Source: Candidatus Zhuqueibacterota bacterium (GTDB taxonomy: Bacteria; Zhuqueibacterota; Zhuqueibacteria; Thermofontimicrobiales; Thiofontviventaceae). From it: a stretch of 64,000 bases of DNA. A program made the position numbers and the translations under genes. The stretch is taken from the NCBI GenBank assembly GCA_036351795.1, contig JAZBPW010000125.1, positions 27,171 to 91,170 of the forward strand, read 5' to 3'. The notes beneath the pieces are model-generated. The model had not been told where the DNA came from, did no database searches, and saw only the letters and a list, made by a program, of their open reading frames with translations. Below are positions 34,201 to 41,791 of this stretch, one piece after another (within the stretch, counting starts at the first letter, position 1; each line of letters begins with the position of its first letter).

Positions 34201-35802
34201 GGCAATACAACGGATTTTGCATCAGGGATTGGAAACAAACGCTCCTTTAACGTGCGTACGATTGAAGGAGGATTCGTCGAAATTGACAGCATTAAGATCG
34301 TCGATCCAATAGGCGCTACGGATCGTGTCCTTTCAACAAATCAGATATTTACAGTAAGGGCATATCTTCACTGGAACAATTGTGATGCATTGCCCACGAT
34401 GAGTATAAAGCTACCGCCTGGATTCCTCTCAGATATTGAGAGTCAAAATCCTGCAGGAGCCGCAAATCAAGGGATTGTCAGCTGGGAAATTTCAGCACCC
34501 TCCGGTGTTGCGGCAAACCAGATGATCTGGACGGAGGCCAGAGCGAATGATATCAATAGTGGAGCTCTGATCATTGATTCTTCGGATAACATCTCTGTCA
34601 GCGTGGTACGACAGGCTGAGATATGGCTCAACGCGGAAATTATCGAGCCGGACGATGCACTGGACGGGGTGGTTTCGACAGGTCAGCATTTCACGATAAA
34701 AGCGAATATTTTGAAATCAGGGGATGCAAGTCTTGAAGATTTTTATACAGCCCGGCTGACGATGCCAGCCGGACTTGGTTATGTTACAACAGATGCGCTG
34801 GATCAGCGTAAATTATATGACCAGACGGTTTACTGGGAGATTACAGCACCATCAGCGGCCAAAGATGCAGATATTTTTGTTATAAAGCTCGTTGAGCCGC
34901 CCAATGACGAGAATACGAACCAGGGAATTCAAGGCGAAGCCCTTATAGAGGATACCCGGGCCATTCCCATTACTACCGAAGAGAAGAGCGTCACGATATC
35001 CGTGTTACCGAAAAAGGCGAATAATTCTGTTGCAAAGGGAGACAGCAGTATCCCCATGCTCTCGCTGGAGATTCTGATCTCGGGAGATGAAGAGTCCAGT
35101 CATGTCCTGTTCAGCGGCATGAAAATTAAGCTGAAGGATAAATATGGGACGGTGATAGTCAATCCGACACACGCGATATCGAGAATATCGATAAAAAACG
35201 CCACCTTTTCGGAAACGATTTCACTTGGTGAAATAGAGAAAATTCCGGAAACAGAGGCAATTGACATCGCCTTTACAAATAAGGACACATTGATACCGGG
35301 TATATCAAATAAAATCGAATTCATGGTCGATATAGCGCCGGATGCTTCTTTGACGGACTTTCGTCTGAGCATCGATTCATTGAGCTATTTCGATATGATG
35401 GATATAGGCTCGGGACAGCGGCCCAGACTGCAACTCACTGACGGTGAGTCGATCGCCTCCGGATTTTCGGTGATTGTGCCACAGGATTTTGAGCGAGCGT
35501 TTTGGAATTATCCAAATCCATTTGGTTCAGACGGCAGAGAATTAACGACAATTCAATACTTCCTTGACCAGGATAGCGATATTGAGATCAGAATTTATAC
35601 ATTATTGGGCGAGCTGGTATGGTCGCGTCAGTATAGCGCGGATGAACCTCAGGGAAAGAGGGGGCTGCACGATGGTGCTACAGCCATCACATGGAATGGC
35701 AGGAATGAAGGTGGCAACACTGTTTTAAATGGCGTATATATCGCCTATTTAAATACGAGCTACGGAAAAACAGTTACAACCAAGATTGCTGTACTTAAAT
35801 AA
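28288..35802 (+). CDS. Giant (2504 aa) secreted multi-Ig-like surface protein with a FlgD-Ig / T9SS-like C-terminal domain
   Basis: Signal peptide; tandem beta-rich modules; C-terminal WNYPNPF...IQYFL...IRIYTLLGELV...TWNGRNEGGNTVLNGVYIAYL...KIAVLK. Confidence 0.85.
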   Translation: MRRKHLCVFFAALAILIGNGSYATAQSTGSLVNLSASAQNDGAGAESIYTFTFTTSNNGNGIDIGIPANGKIFFEFEADFDLSQVSIAYVVSGMNGGFASIVDTSGTGLELFITRDGTGTAVSRNATVSIRIANVVNATTVGGSYRIYVKTMTNANTHIDQGTVSGFDINAGPMDYIRIEDLPDGIGAEFGSATLSSGQTRNMYAVGYDAYGNYAGNMNVDWSVAGGIGTVSPAVNSSITLFTATITGTGNVVADDGSRNVDNTGEITVNPGTLSYVKIVEGVAGDGSELTTKSLTTDQSLLVHAAGYDLYDNYINDVAVDWSVNDSLGSIAPATGPQAVFEPDKTGTGQILADHATATDDQTGDITVNAGALKRIRIVDGASGDGIELGTKNLSTGDTLTVHAAGYDADGNYREDPQVSWTVVNDIGTVTPAANSEITNFVATRIGSGFIKATHPDAGSDLTDEITVGSGQLHRILIQNKPGGMGTTVQDTVVYLNQTTRFYAAGYDEYGNYIRDIDATWKHIGNFSFPDSLVADEISIAPQQLGLSGRFTADSAGLVPDTTGLIQVADISYIRISESAEGGGQKYAGTVLSADDSVTLFAAAYDVSDNFIDTVTVNWVVENMEPSEGVAGSRFTFSPTVAHLSGRIIADHAYARDDSTGLITIVPGVPFGHFQMNVDSTELSANGSDQTGIMSDTIYDYDGNVIQQNSQFTVVAKPSNLGLMVTPADVNSTIAGHQINSDAQGRISFTVRAGTLGGTAYISVNSVTGSAHGDTTISLSGIRLISVTAEKERVTRNQNDVQVQMLVRNTSPEPVDSLEADLKFKTSTGEDRRSDYEVFTGTLPILNGGEQRIIDLSVNVKSNALLDSIFIDGIIRGATQSKTVVQDTSAAQKDSWIVQDRPILRILGVTAPELVEQGTVTTVRLRVKNEGEAEASITKDSLMFFTADPLIDVTDEYSQIPEHSYPYVLGSDEIRDLRYTVTVGANATRGDVILDGFISGVDANSGVAVFDDDADTTDTWEVKRIGEIDITDFEAQQDYVISGQMTPWTIRMKVENKFETVNMTLDSAALQFYTGTQDITSEFEVENPTKFQEYGSTEILYADTTETLVFSVRSTTNQRIGNIRITGSVYLSDIAQSQLTDFSETQIIVKTPSTLQFGEISVSQTEVTQAQNNDWMFTAAVTNIGQSNIIADLSSDSTYLVFSGSDDFKVIKPSKFILSQSNVISSGMTDTLRFIVDSTGTVPGRSDIKIQVLYADTYAAQDSFYAIDAEAYVDVQTPASLKILDMVNIGPNSPFVNTGQDFQLRVDLANEGGDGAHDIQLIVNTDGQSTVVPVENISIDGESVDSIFVDVHAAGDWSYGEVFSAAISGAVGDNTNEFDAEIIKAADDDSALAILQRPAELSITKVIPEFGTVEALSRDWKISVAVRRDGAESVRIKEPSANDLRFLINSEEQDDYIIIPPEGFKNSGDLVLSGWDVAEDTLVYTVDKTGLLGGDALIEANLEATYLNNDSIVFVQESDSVSVETTANLSILQTTPVCPRLEDGVGIISTEQNYSIRVTLQNSGEEAVDNVWVSLLGRETYSQMLDSISAKDQASLSFFLKAPDIEKRIDYVAVIDSGISRLSGQPALIGSSYDSEASVEIQNKARLSVQVNPEDSVMTVGVLSSMRFKVENLGTAKTDSLGKVIITIPENYKVMNGTMLDSVTTTIDFVTGREETLRVVPPGVTSFGDQFRITMSTTPKDMNTNLPAFVENHTGTITVSTVASDFDLYTRITWPNGAKDNTVSTEQLFDVRVDFDVSPNIKRIEAGLDLADGYQFSSGVESIQVAENDAVVWRVKAPVEENLLPVNMMVTAVGYTGTVQYELRDTIGVVSQKKAQLTLGSLGIVSPSQTDSVLSLNQDFTISTTVVNDGSAPVVGTGTLRIDFGATGVTTLENLSKTFITGTPVLWHATAPGNVTSRDDISISIESVPFDGNTTDFASGIGNKRSFNVRTIEGGFVEIDSIKIVDPIGATDRVLSTNQIFTVRAYLHWNNCDALPTMSIKLPPGFLSDIESQNPAGAANQGIVSWEISAPSGVAANQMIWTEARANDINSGALIIDSSDNISVSVVRQAEIWLNAEIIEPDDALDGVVSTGQHFTIKANILKSGDASLEDFYTARLTMPAGLGYVTTDALDQRKLYDQTVYWEITAPSAAKDADIFVIKLVEPPNDENTNQGIQGEALIEDTRAIPITTEEKSVTISVLPKKANNSVAKGDSSIPMLSLEILISGDEESSHVLFSGMKIKLKDKYGTVIVNPTHAISRISIKNATFSETISLGEIEKIPETEAIDIAFTNKDTLIPGISNKIEFMVDIAPDASLTDFRLSIDSLSYFDMMDIGSGQRPRLQLTDGESIASGFSVIVPQDFERAFWNYPNPFGSDGRELTTIQYFLDQDSDIEIRIYTLLGELVWSRQYSADEPQGKRGLHDGATAITWNGRNEGGNTVLNGVYIAYLNTSYGKTVTTKIAVLK
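28807..30291 (+). repeat. Five tandem ~99-aa Ig-like repeats in the giant protein
   Basis: Each unit shows I.I...(G.G)...A.(G/A)YD..(G/D)N(Y/F)...W...TG.I.V; 1485 nt = 5 x 99 codons. Confidence 0.85.
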
Positions 35803-35815
35803 TAAAGGCCGGCGT

Positions 35816-37726
35816 ATGAAAAGACTAATTATATTGATTCTGTTGATGGGGGCATTGGTTTCGAATATCCATGCGGGTGGTGAAGCGGGAACGCTTCAGA
35901 TATTCAGTCGGGGAGGAGTCGGAGCCAGAGCCATGGCACTGGGTAATGCCTACGTGGCAATGCCTTTTGATGCAACGGCGATTTACTGGAATCCGGCAGG
36001 CATGGAATATGTTCAGCATAAATCAGTGAGCCTGTTCTATACGAATCTGTTGGAGTCTTCTCCATATAATTTCATTGCCTATGTCCATCCGACCGTTAAC
36101 ATCGGGACGTTTGGATTGGGCGCCATTCGCGTTGGATCCGGAGATATCAAGAGAACTGATTCGCAAAATGTTGACGAAGGCACTTTTTCGTATAACGAGA
36201 GTCAATTCTTATTCTCCTATGCGAAACGCCTACCGGCACACCTCGCTGCGGGTATCAATCTGAAGCTCCACTATTTTTATATGGATGGTTTCTCCGACAC
36301 CGGTGTCGGCGCGGATATCGGTCTATTGTACAGACCTTCATTTTCCAGTGCTTTGTTGCGCAATATATCATTCGGAGTGAATCTGCACAATATCCTGCAG
36401 CCTCAGCTGAAGCCGCTTGAATCAACGGATGTTCATCCGTACATCGTCAAATTTGGCCTGGCCAAGCCGTTGCTTTTTGGCGATGGTGGTAACAAAATGT
36501 CTCTTTTCATGGATCTGGAGCAAGGTGGGGGCAACAGTCCGTTTATGTTTCATTTGGGCAGTGAATACGTTTTCCAGGAGCGGGCCATGCTGCGGGCAGG
36601 TATCAACAATGGATATATTGCATTTGGCGCCGGAGTCAGCTATGGCATGTACCAACTGGACTATTCATACGGGAAGATGGCGCAGCATGAACTGAACGCG
36701 AGTCATCGTATATCACTGACATTTGACTTTGGAATGTCCCGATCGGATATGATGCGTATTGCCGAGGAGAAAAAGCTTCGGATCATCGAAGAACAGGTTG
36801 CCAAGAAGATCGAATGGGATCGTAATGAGAAAATCGCCCGCGCCATGGAAAACGGAAAGAGATACATGCAGGATGAGGATTATGTGCGCGCCCAAAGAGA
36901 GTTTAATATCGTGATCGGTTTTGAAAACGAGATTCCGGAAGCGTTGGAAATCAAGGAAGCGAAGGAACTGTACGCGCTCGCCACGGAAAAATACGAGGAC
37001 AAGACAAAGAAGGCTATTGCGGAGATACAGGCGAAAGATGCGCTGGACAGGAAGAAGAAGGAAGACCAGATATATATCAATGATCATTTCAAACGCGGAC
37101 TTGCCTTTTATGAGAACGAAGAGTATGAACGGGCAATTGGTGAATGGAATCGAATTCTCGATCGTGATCCCGATAACGAGTTGGCCAAAGAACATATCAA
37201 AAAGGCGCAGGTCGATTATCAGGCAAAGGTATATACGCTGATCAATAGAGCTGACGCATTCGGTAAGCAGGGTAAATATGTCGAAGCGATCAATATTCTG
37301 AACCAGGCGATCGGTTTGAATCCGGATGATCAGACCATCAAACAGGCGATTACGAGAAAGCGGTCTGCATATGAAAACAAGCTCAGTTTCCACGACCTCT
37401 ATGAACAGGGTCAGAATTATCAGCTACGAAAAGAGTATAAGAAAGCGATGGAAGCGTACGAACGGGCCCTGGCAATAGAACCAGATAATACGTTGGCTAA
37501 AAAGAGATACGAAGAAGTGAAGGCGCGTGCATTTGCACGAAGAGAACCCATGACGGAAGAGGTCAGATCAAAGTTTCTTCAAAGTCTTCGTTTAATTAAT
37601 CAGGGTAACTATAACGATGCATTGAAGATATTGGAAGAGATTCAGAAAATTCAGCCATATAACAAAGACATTCTTGATGGAATTGACACGGCCAGGGAAT
37701 ATCTGGAGAGACAAAACAGACAGTAG
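35816..37726 (+). CDS. PorV/PorQ-family outer-membrane beta-barrel fused to a C-terminal TPR region
   Basis: ATG 35816 gives a clean signal peptide; GVGARAMALGNAYVAMPFDATAIYWNPAG, GADIGLLY, last strand HRISLTFDF, then coiled coil and multiple TPRs. Confidence 0.82.
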   Translation: MKRLIILILLMGALVSNIHAGGEAGTLQIFSRGGVGARAMALGNAYVAMPFDATAIYWNPAGMEYVQHKSVSLFYTNLLESSPYNFIAYVHPTVNIGTFGLGAIRVGSGDIKRTDSQNVDEGTFSYNESQFLFSYAKRLPAHLAAGINLKLHYFYMDGFSDTGVGADIGLLYRPSFSSALLRNISFGVNLHNILQPQLKPLESTDVHPYIVKFGLAKPLLFGDGGNKMSLFMDLEQGGGNSPFMFHLGSEYVFQERAMLRAGINNGYIAFGAGVSYGMYQLDYSYGKMAQHELNASHRISLTFDFGMSRSDMMRIAEEKKLRIIEEQVAKKIEWDRNEKIARAMENGKRYMQDEDYVRAQREFNIVIGFENEIPEALEIKEAKELYALATEKYEDKTKKAIAEIQAKDALDRKKKEDQIYINDHFKRGLAFYENEEYERAIGEWNRILDRDPDNELAKEHIKKAQVDYQAKVYTLINRADAFGKQGKYVEAINILNQAIGLNPDDQTIKQAITRKRSAYENKLSFHDLYEQGQNYQLRKEYKKAMEAYERALAIEPDNTLAKKRYEEVKARAFARREPMTEEVRSKFLQSLRLINQGNYNDALKILEEIQKIQPYNKDILDGIDTAREYLERQNRQ

Positions 37727-37752
37727 AATATCATTAGGATGCGAGGACCAGA

Positions 37753-40700
37753 GTGTTAAAATCTGTAATCAAAGATGAAATAAAAGTCCCGGGGCATATC
37801 GATTATCTAGGTGAATTGCGAAATTTTGTCACCAAGACGGGTAAAAAATATAATTTTTCAGACAGTATTGTGAATGCGTTCAAACTTGCCATTGATGAAG
37901 CCGCGACTAACATCATCAAGCATGCGTATCGGGACATCGAAGGTGTAATCACGATGCGAATACTGGTCAAGAAAAGAAGCATGACAGTGATTCTGATTGA
38001 TCAGGGAAAATTTTTCGATCCGGCCAGAGTTCAGGCGCCCGATCTTCAGCGTTATGTTGATATCGGTAAAAAGGGAGGATTGGGCATATTTATTATGCGC
38101 AAGCTCATTGATGAGATCGATTACCGGCATACGGAAGAAGGAAATGAACTGCGGCTGACCAAATACCGGGATGGCGATTTCAGAAAAATGACGGATGATG
38201 ATGAGCTTCCCTCCGCATCCGCGCTTTCACTGAGTCTTAAAACGAGATATTCGCTCTTTGCCGCCGGTATACTGACGATCCTGATGAGTATTGGCTATAT
38301 CTATTTTTACTTCAGCCATGGACAGCAGACGCTAAACGAAGTGATCTCTGCGGCAAAGACAAATCTGGAGATGATTGCCAGAACAGTCGTTGCGCCCGGA
38401 GACACGACTCTGAATACAGTCTTTATCAATACGACGATACATGAAGCAATTGACCTGGATGAGCATGAAGAGGTCTACAGGATAATCATTACAGACAATA
38501 AAGATCTGACACTATTCAGCAGTGATGATGATATTTTTGGCACCTATTATCAGATACCTGAAGACCACAGGAAAGTGGAAAAATCTGTGTTTTTCTTCGA
38601 AGACAAGTCTTCCAATACCAAACTCTATGATGTTGTAAGCCCCATTCGTGCCGATAATCGGCAGCAACTCGGAGAAATTCATCTCCAGATCCACAATGAT
38701 TTTGTGAAGGATGAAATTGGTGCTTTGAGAGCAAAGGATCTTCGTCTGGCCATGTTGATTCTGGCTATCGGATACTTTGGGATCGCTTTATTGATCTATA
38801 TTGTGATGAACCCTTTTCGCAAGCTCTCCGACTGGGTGAAGCAGCTTGGGCACGGTGAGGTACAGGATGAGATCGATTTCGACACTGGCAATGAGCTGGG
38901 CGAGATAGCAAAAGCATTCAGCGAGATTACGGATAAATTCAGACGATCTCAGGAAAATCTGGCAGAGCAGGAGAGGCTCCAGAAGGAGATGCAGCTGGCT
39001 CAGGATATTCAGCAGACACTGCTTCCAAAACATATCCCTGAACTTGAAGGCTACATGATTTCTTCGCACTATGAAGCAGCCATGGAGGTCGGAGGAGACT
39101 ACTACGACTTTGTTGACGTCGACAAAGACTCGATCGGTATCGTGGTCGCTGATGTGTCGGGGAAGGGTGTTCCTGGTTCACTCATAATGACGATGATCCG
39201 TACCGCGCTCAGAACAGAGGCCCGGGGTGTGAAGTCTGCATCAGAAGTTCTGGCACGATTGAATGACTTTGTTGTCAAGGACATGAAGAAGGGCATGTTC
39301 GTCACGATCTTCTATGTGATCATAGATTCGAAGAGAAGGCGAGTGAATTACGCGAGCGCCGGACATAATCCCATGATCCTTTATCGGCAAAGCACTGAGA
39401 AAACCTATTATCTCAATCCGAAGGGTTTTCCCGTAGGGATTTCGTTGCCGGATCAGGAGTTGTTCAAAAAATCCATAGAATCGGACACCATTCAGCTCGC
39501 TGAAGATGATATTCTGCTCATCTATACCGATGGTATAACAGAAGCCATGAATTCACACAGAGAGTTGTTCGGTGAGGAGCGTCTGCTGGAGACGATTAGG
39601 AGGAACGCGGAATTACAGGCACAGCCGTTCATAGAAAAAGTGAAGGACGAGATCCATTCCTTTACTGAGGGATTTGAACAGAACGACGATATCACCATTG
39701 TGGCGATCAAAGAGAAGAGTTCTCCGGAAAAAATTGAATTATCACGCGCGCAAAATGCGCACCAGATGATCAATTCTACGGGTATCAGCATCAAGGATGC
39801 CTGTGAGGAGGCGGGAATTACCACATATGCCTATTACAATAAATACAAAAAAATCTTTGAAGAGGAAGGGATCGAAGCCTATTCTATTGATGATACAATC
39901 TCTGTGGAAGCGAAACATTTGAGCATCGAAGAAAAAACAAAGATCTATGACATCATCAAGACACATCCGGAGTATGGCGCAAAACGAATCAGTGAAGAAC
40001 TGCAATCGGAACGCTATGGAAGCACAGTGATCAACGAGAGTCGCATCTATGAAGAACTCGTCCGAAGCCGCCTGAATACACGCCAGCTAAGAGAGGCATA
40101 TATCGCAAGGGCCGGCAAGAAGAAGCGAATGAAACCGCCTGGAACACCAATGCTGACACTGGATGGACGCATTATACTCGATCGCGACTATTACGAACAT
40201 TATGAGGAAGAGAGACCGGAGAAGAGAGCGCCGGAAAAATTGAAGGAAAAGAAAAAGATAGATGCCGAGAAGACGGCAGCAGAGGATTCCGGCCAGGTAG
40301 CAGCAGAGGAGATATCGGGAGACCCGAACGAGAATTTCGACGAGGACTTTTACATTGAGAGCCTGATGACGGTTCCTTTGGAAAATCTCCTCGATAAGAG
40401 CAACAAGAAAAAGTCTGCTCCGAAAGTTGAAAAGACAGAAGATGAAGAAGTTGAAGAGGTGGATGAGAAAGCTGGGGGTGACGAAGAGATGGTTGAACCG
40501 GAACGCCAGGCAGGGGAAGAAGTGACTGCGGACGATACGACTGAAACTGAGTCGTCTGGCGAGGTTCCGGCGGATGATAATTTGAGTAATGAATATTCTG
40601 AAATAGATGAGGGGGATGAAGAATTCATTGATGCAATCGAAGAGAAGATCATCGCGGAGCTCGATGAAAAGGCCGGGCAGGATCTGTTTGATGATGATAT

Positions 40701-41706
40701 AGAGATGGTTGATCATGAGCAGAAGAAGAAAGAACCGGATGACATTGAAGAGCCGGACACACAGGGACTTGAAGAAGATGTGATTGACGATGAAACCGAC
40801 CTTGATCAGGAGTTCAGCTTCAAAGATGTCTGGGAAGACGATGATGAAGGTGTTGAAGAACTCAGTGACAGCGAAGATGTTGCAAACCTTGATAGCATCG
40901 ACGAAGATGTCGAGATGAATCTTGGTAATGCTGAAGATTCACAGGATATCATGGATGAAATTCTCAATGAGGATGAGATCACATTTGAAAACCTGGCGGA
41001 AGAGGACAATTTCGACCGGTCTTCATACGATAAAGATGACAATAATGGTTCGTATGAGGAAAAAGGTAAAAAGCGGGGGAAAAAGTCAAAGAAAAAGAAA
41101 AAAAGTGATGCCGGGGATGACGATCAGAAATCTGGTAATGAGGAAAAAGCCGAAGATGACGGGTTTACTTTTGGCACATTACTCGATGAAATTGAGCATG
41201 ATCTGTCGTATATCGATGACGATATCGGTTTTGATGAGGACGACCTGGTTGATTCAAATAAAATGGTTATCTCGGGCGAAAATATAGATATACAGGACAA
41301 TATCCAGTCGATGGATAAGAGAGAACTTGATCAGGCATTACAGAACGACAATTTATTATCCGGCCTGAAGCATTATAAAAATGATGATTTTGAAAAGGCG
41401 ATCGATGAGTTCAAAAAGGTTCTGGAACTCTATCCGGACTTCAAAGAGGTTCACACTATCATGGGAAACGCCTATTTTAAGAATGACATGAGCGATGAAG
41501 CATTGAAGGAATACATGCGCGTAATCGAAATTGATCCCTATGACGTAGATGCTTATGAAAATCTCGGTGTGATCTATGCCAATCAGGGAGAATATACAAA
41601 GGCGATTGAAGAATGGAAAAAACTTCTGGAAATTGATCCCGAGCGAGGTGATATAAAAGATAATTTGGAGCGCGCGCAGAATATTATTGACGGAGACAAA
41701 GGCTAA
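37753..41706 (+). CDS. Membrane-bound hybrid: RsbW-type Ser kinase + sensor + HAMP + SpoIIE/PP2C phosphatase + HTH + acidic tract + TPR
   Basis: LAIDEAATNIIKHAY, IDQG..FDP, GGLGIFIMRKL; two TM segments; HAMP; VGGDYYD, ADVSGKG, SAGH, YTDGITEA, DDIT; D/E-rich tract; C-terminal TPRs. GTG start. Confidence 0.88.
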   Translation: MLKSVIKDEIKVPGHIDYLGELRNFVTKTGKKYNFSDSIVNAFKLAIDEAATNIIKHAYRDIEGVITMRILVKKRSMTVILIDQGKFFDPARVQAPDLQRYVDIGKKGGLGIFIMRKLIDEIDYRHTEEGNELRLTKYRDGDFRKMTDDDELPSASALSLSLKTRYSLFAAGILTILMSIGYIYFYFSHGQQTLNEVISAAKTNLEMIARTVVAPGDTTLNTVFINTTIHEAIDLDEHEEVYRIIITDNKDLTLFSSDDDIFGTYYQIPEDHRKVEKSVFFFEDKSSNTKLYDVVSPIRADNRQQLGEIHLQIHNDFVKDEIGALRAKDLRLAMLILAIGYFGIALLIYIVMNPFRKLSDWVKQLGHGEVQDEIDFDTGNELGEIAKAFSEITDKFRRSQENLAEQERLQKEMQLAQDIQQTLLPKHIPELEGYMISSHYEAAMEVGGDYYDFVDVDKDSIGIVVADVSGKGVPGSLIMTMIRTALRTEARGVKSASEVLARLNDFVVKDMKKGMFVTIFYVIIDSKRRRVNYASAGHNPMILYRQSTEKTYYLNPKGFPVGISLPDQELFKKSIESDTIQLAEDDILLIYTDGITEAMNSHRELFGEERLLETIRRNAELQAQPFIEKVKDEIHSFTEGFEQNDDITIVAIKEKSSPEKIELSRAQNAHQMINSTGISIKDACEEAGITTYAYYNKYKKIFEEEGIEAYSIDDTISVEAKHLSIEEKTKIYDIIKTHPEYGAKRISEELQSERYGSTVINESRIYEELVRSRLNTRQLREAYIARAGKKKRMKPPGTPMLTLDGRIILDRDYYEHYEEERPEKRAPEKLKEKKKIDAEKTAAEDSGQVAAEEISGDPNENFDEDFYIESLMTVPLENLLDKSNKKKSAPKVEKTEDEEVEEVDEKAGGDEEMVEPERQAGEEVTADDTTETESSGEVPADDNLSNEYSEIDEGDEEFIDAIEEKIIAELDEKAGQDLFDDDIEMVDHEQKKKEPDDIEEPDTQGLEEDVIDDETDLDQEFSFKDVWEDDDEGVEELSDSEDVANLDSIDEDVEMNLGNAEDSQDIMDEILNEDEITFENLAEEDNFDRSSYDKDDNNGSYEEKGKKRGKKSKKKKKSDAGDDDQKSGNEEKAEDDGFTFGTLLDEIEHDLSYIDDDIGFDEDDLVDSNKMVISGENIDIQDNIQSMDKRELDQALQNDNLLSGLKHYKNDDFEKAIDEFKKVLELYPDFKEVHTIMGNAYFKNDMSDEALKEYMRVIEIDPYDVDAYENLGVIYANQGEYTKAIEEWKKLLEIDPERGDIKDNLERAQNIIDGDKG

Positions 41707-41713
41707 ATTTTTA

Positions 41714-41742
41714 TTGACTTTTATCAATTTTTCTATTATATT
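41714..41742 (+). promoter_or_regulatory. Internal sigma70 promoter upstream of the STAS gene
   Basis: TTGACT (41714-41719)-N17-TATATT (41737-41742). Confidence 0.6.
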
Positions 41743-41791
41743 TTTCTAATTGAGAGTTTTTTCTCACCCCAAAGATATCAGGAGTTAAAAA

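Noticed and set aside
36713-37393. 226-aa antisense ORF over the TPR region (similar cases at 13900-14463 and 40087-40716)
   Set aside because: These are opposite-strand shadows of well-supported genes, hydrophobic mirror images of charged sequence.
39781-40110. Possible IS element, suggested by the transposase-like HTH
   Set aside because: In frame within a larger protein, with no DDE domain, terminal inverted repeats or target duplication seen; reported as a domesticated domain instead.
40200-41280. Repetitive GAT/GAA-rich DNA as a possible repeat array or CRISPR
   Set aside because: Low complexity is explained by Asp/Glu codons; no fixed-length direct repeats with spacers anywhere in the window.
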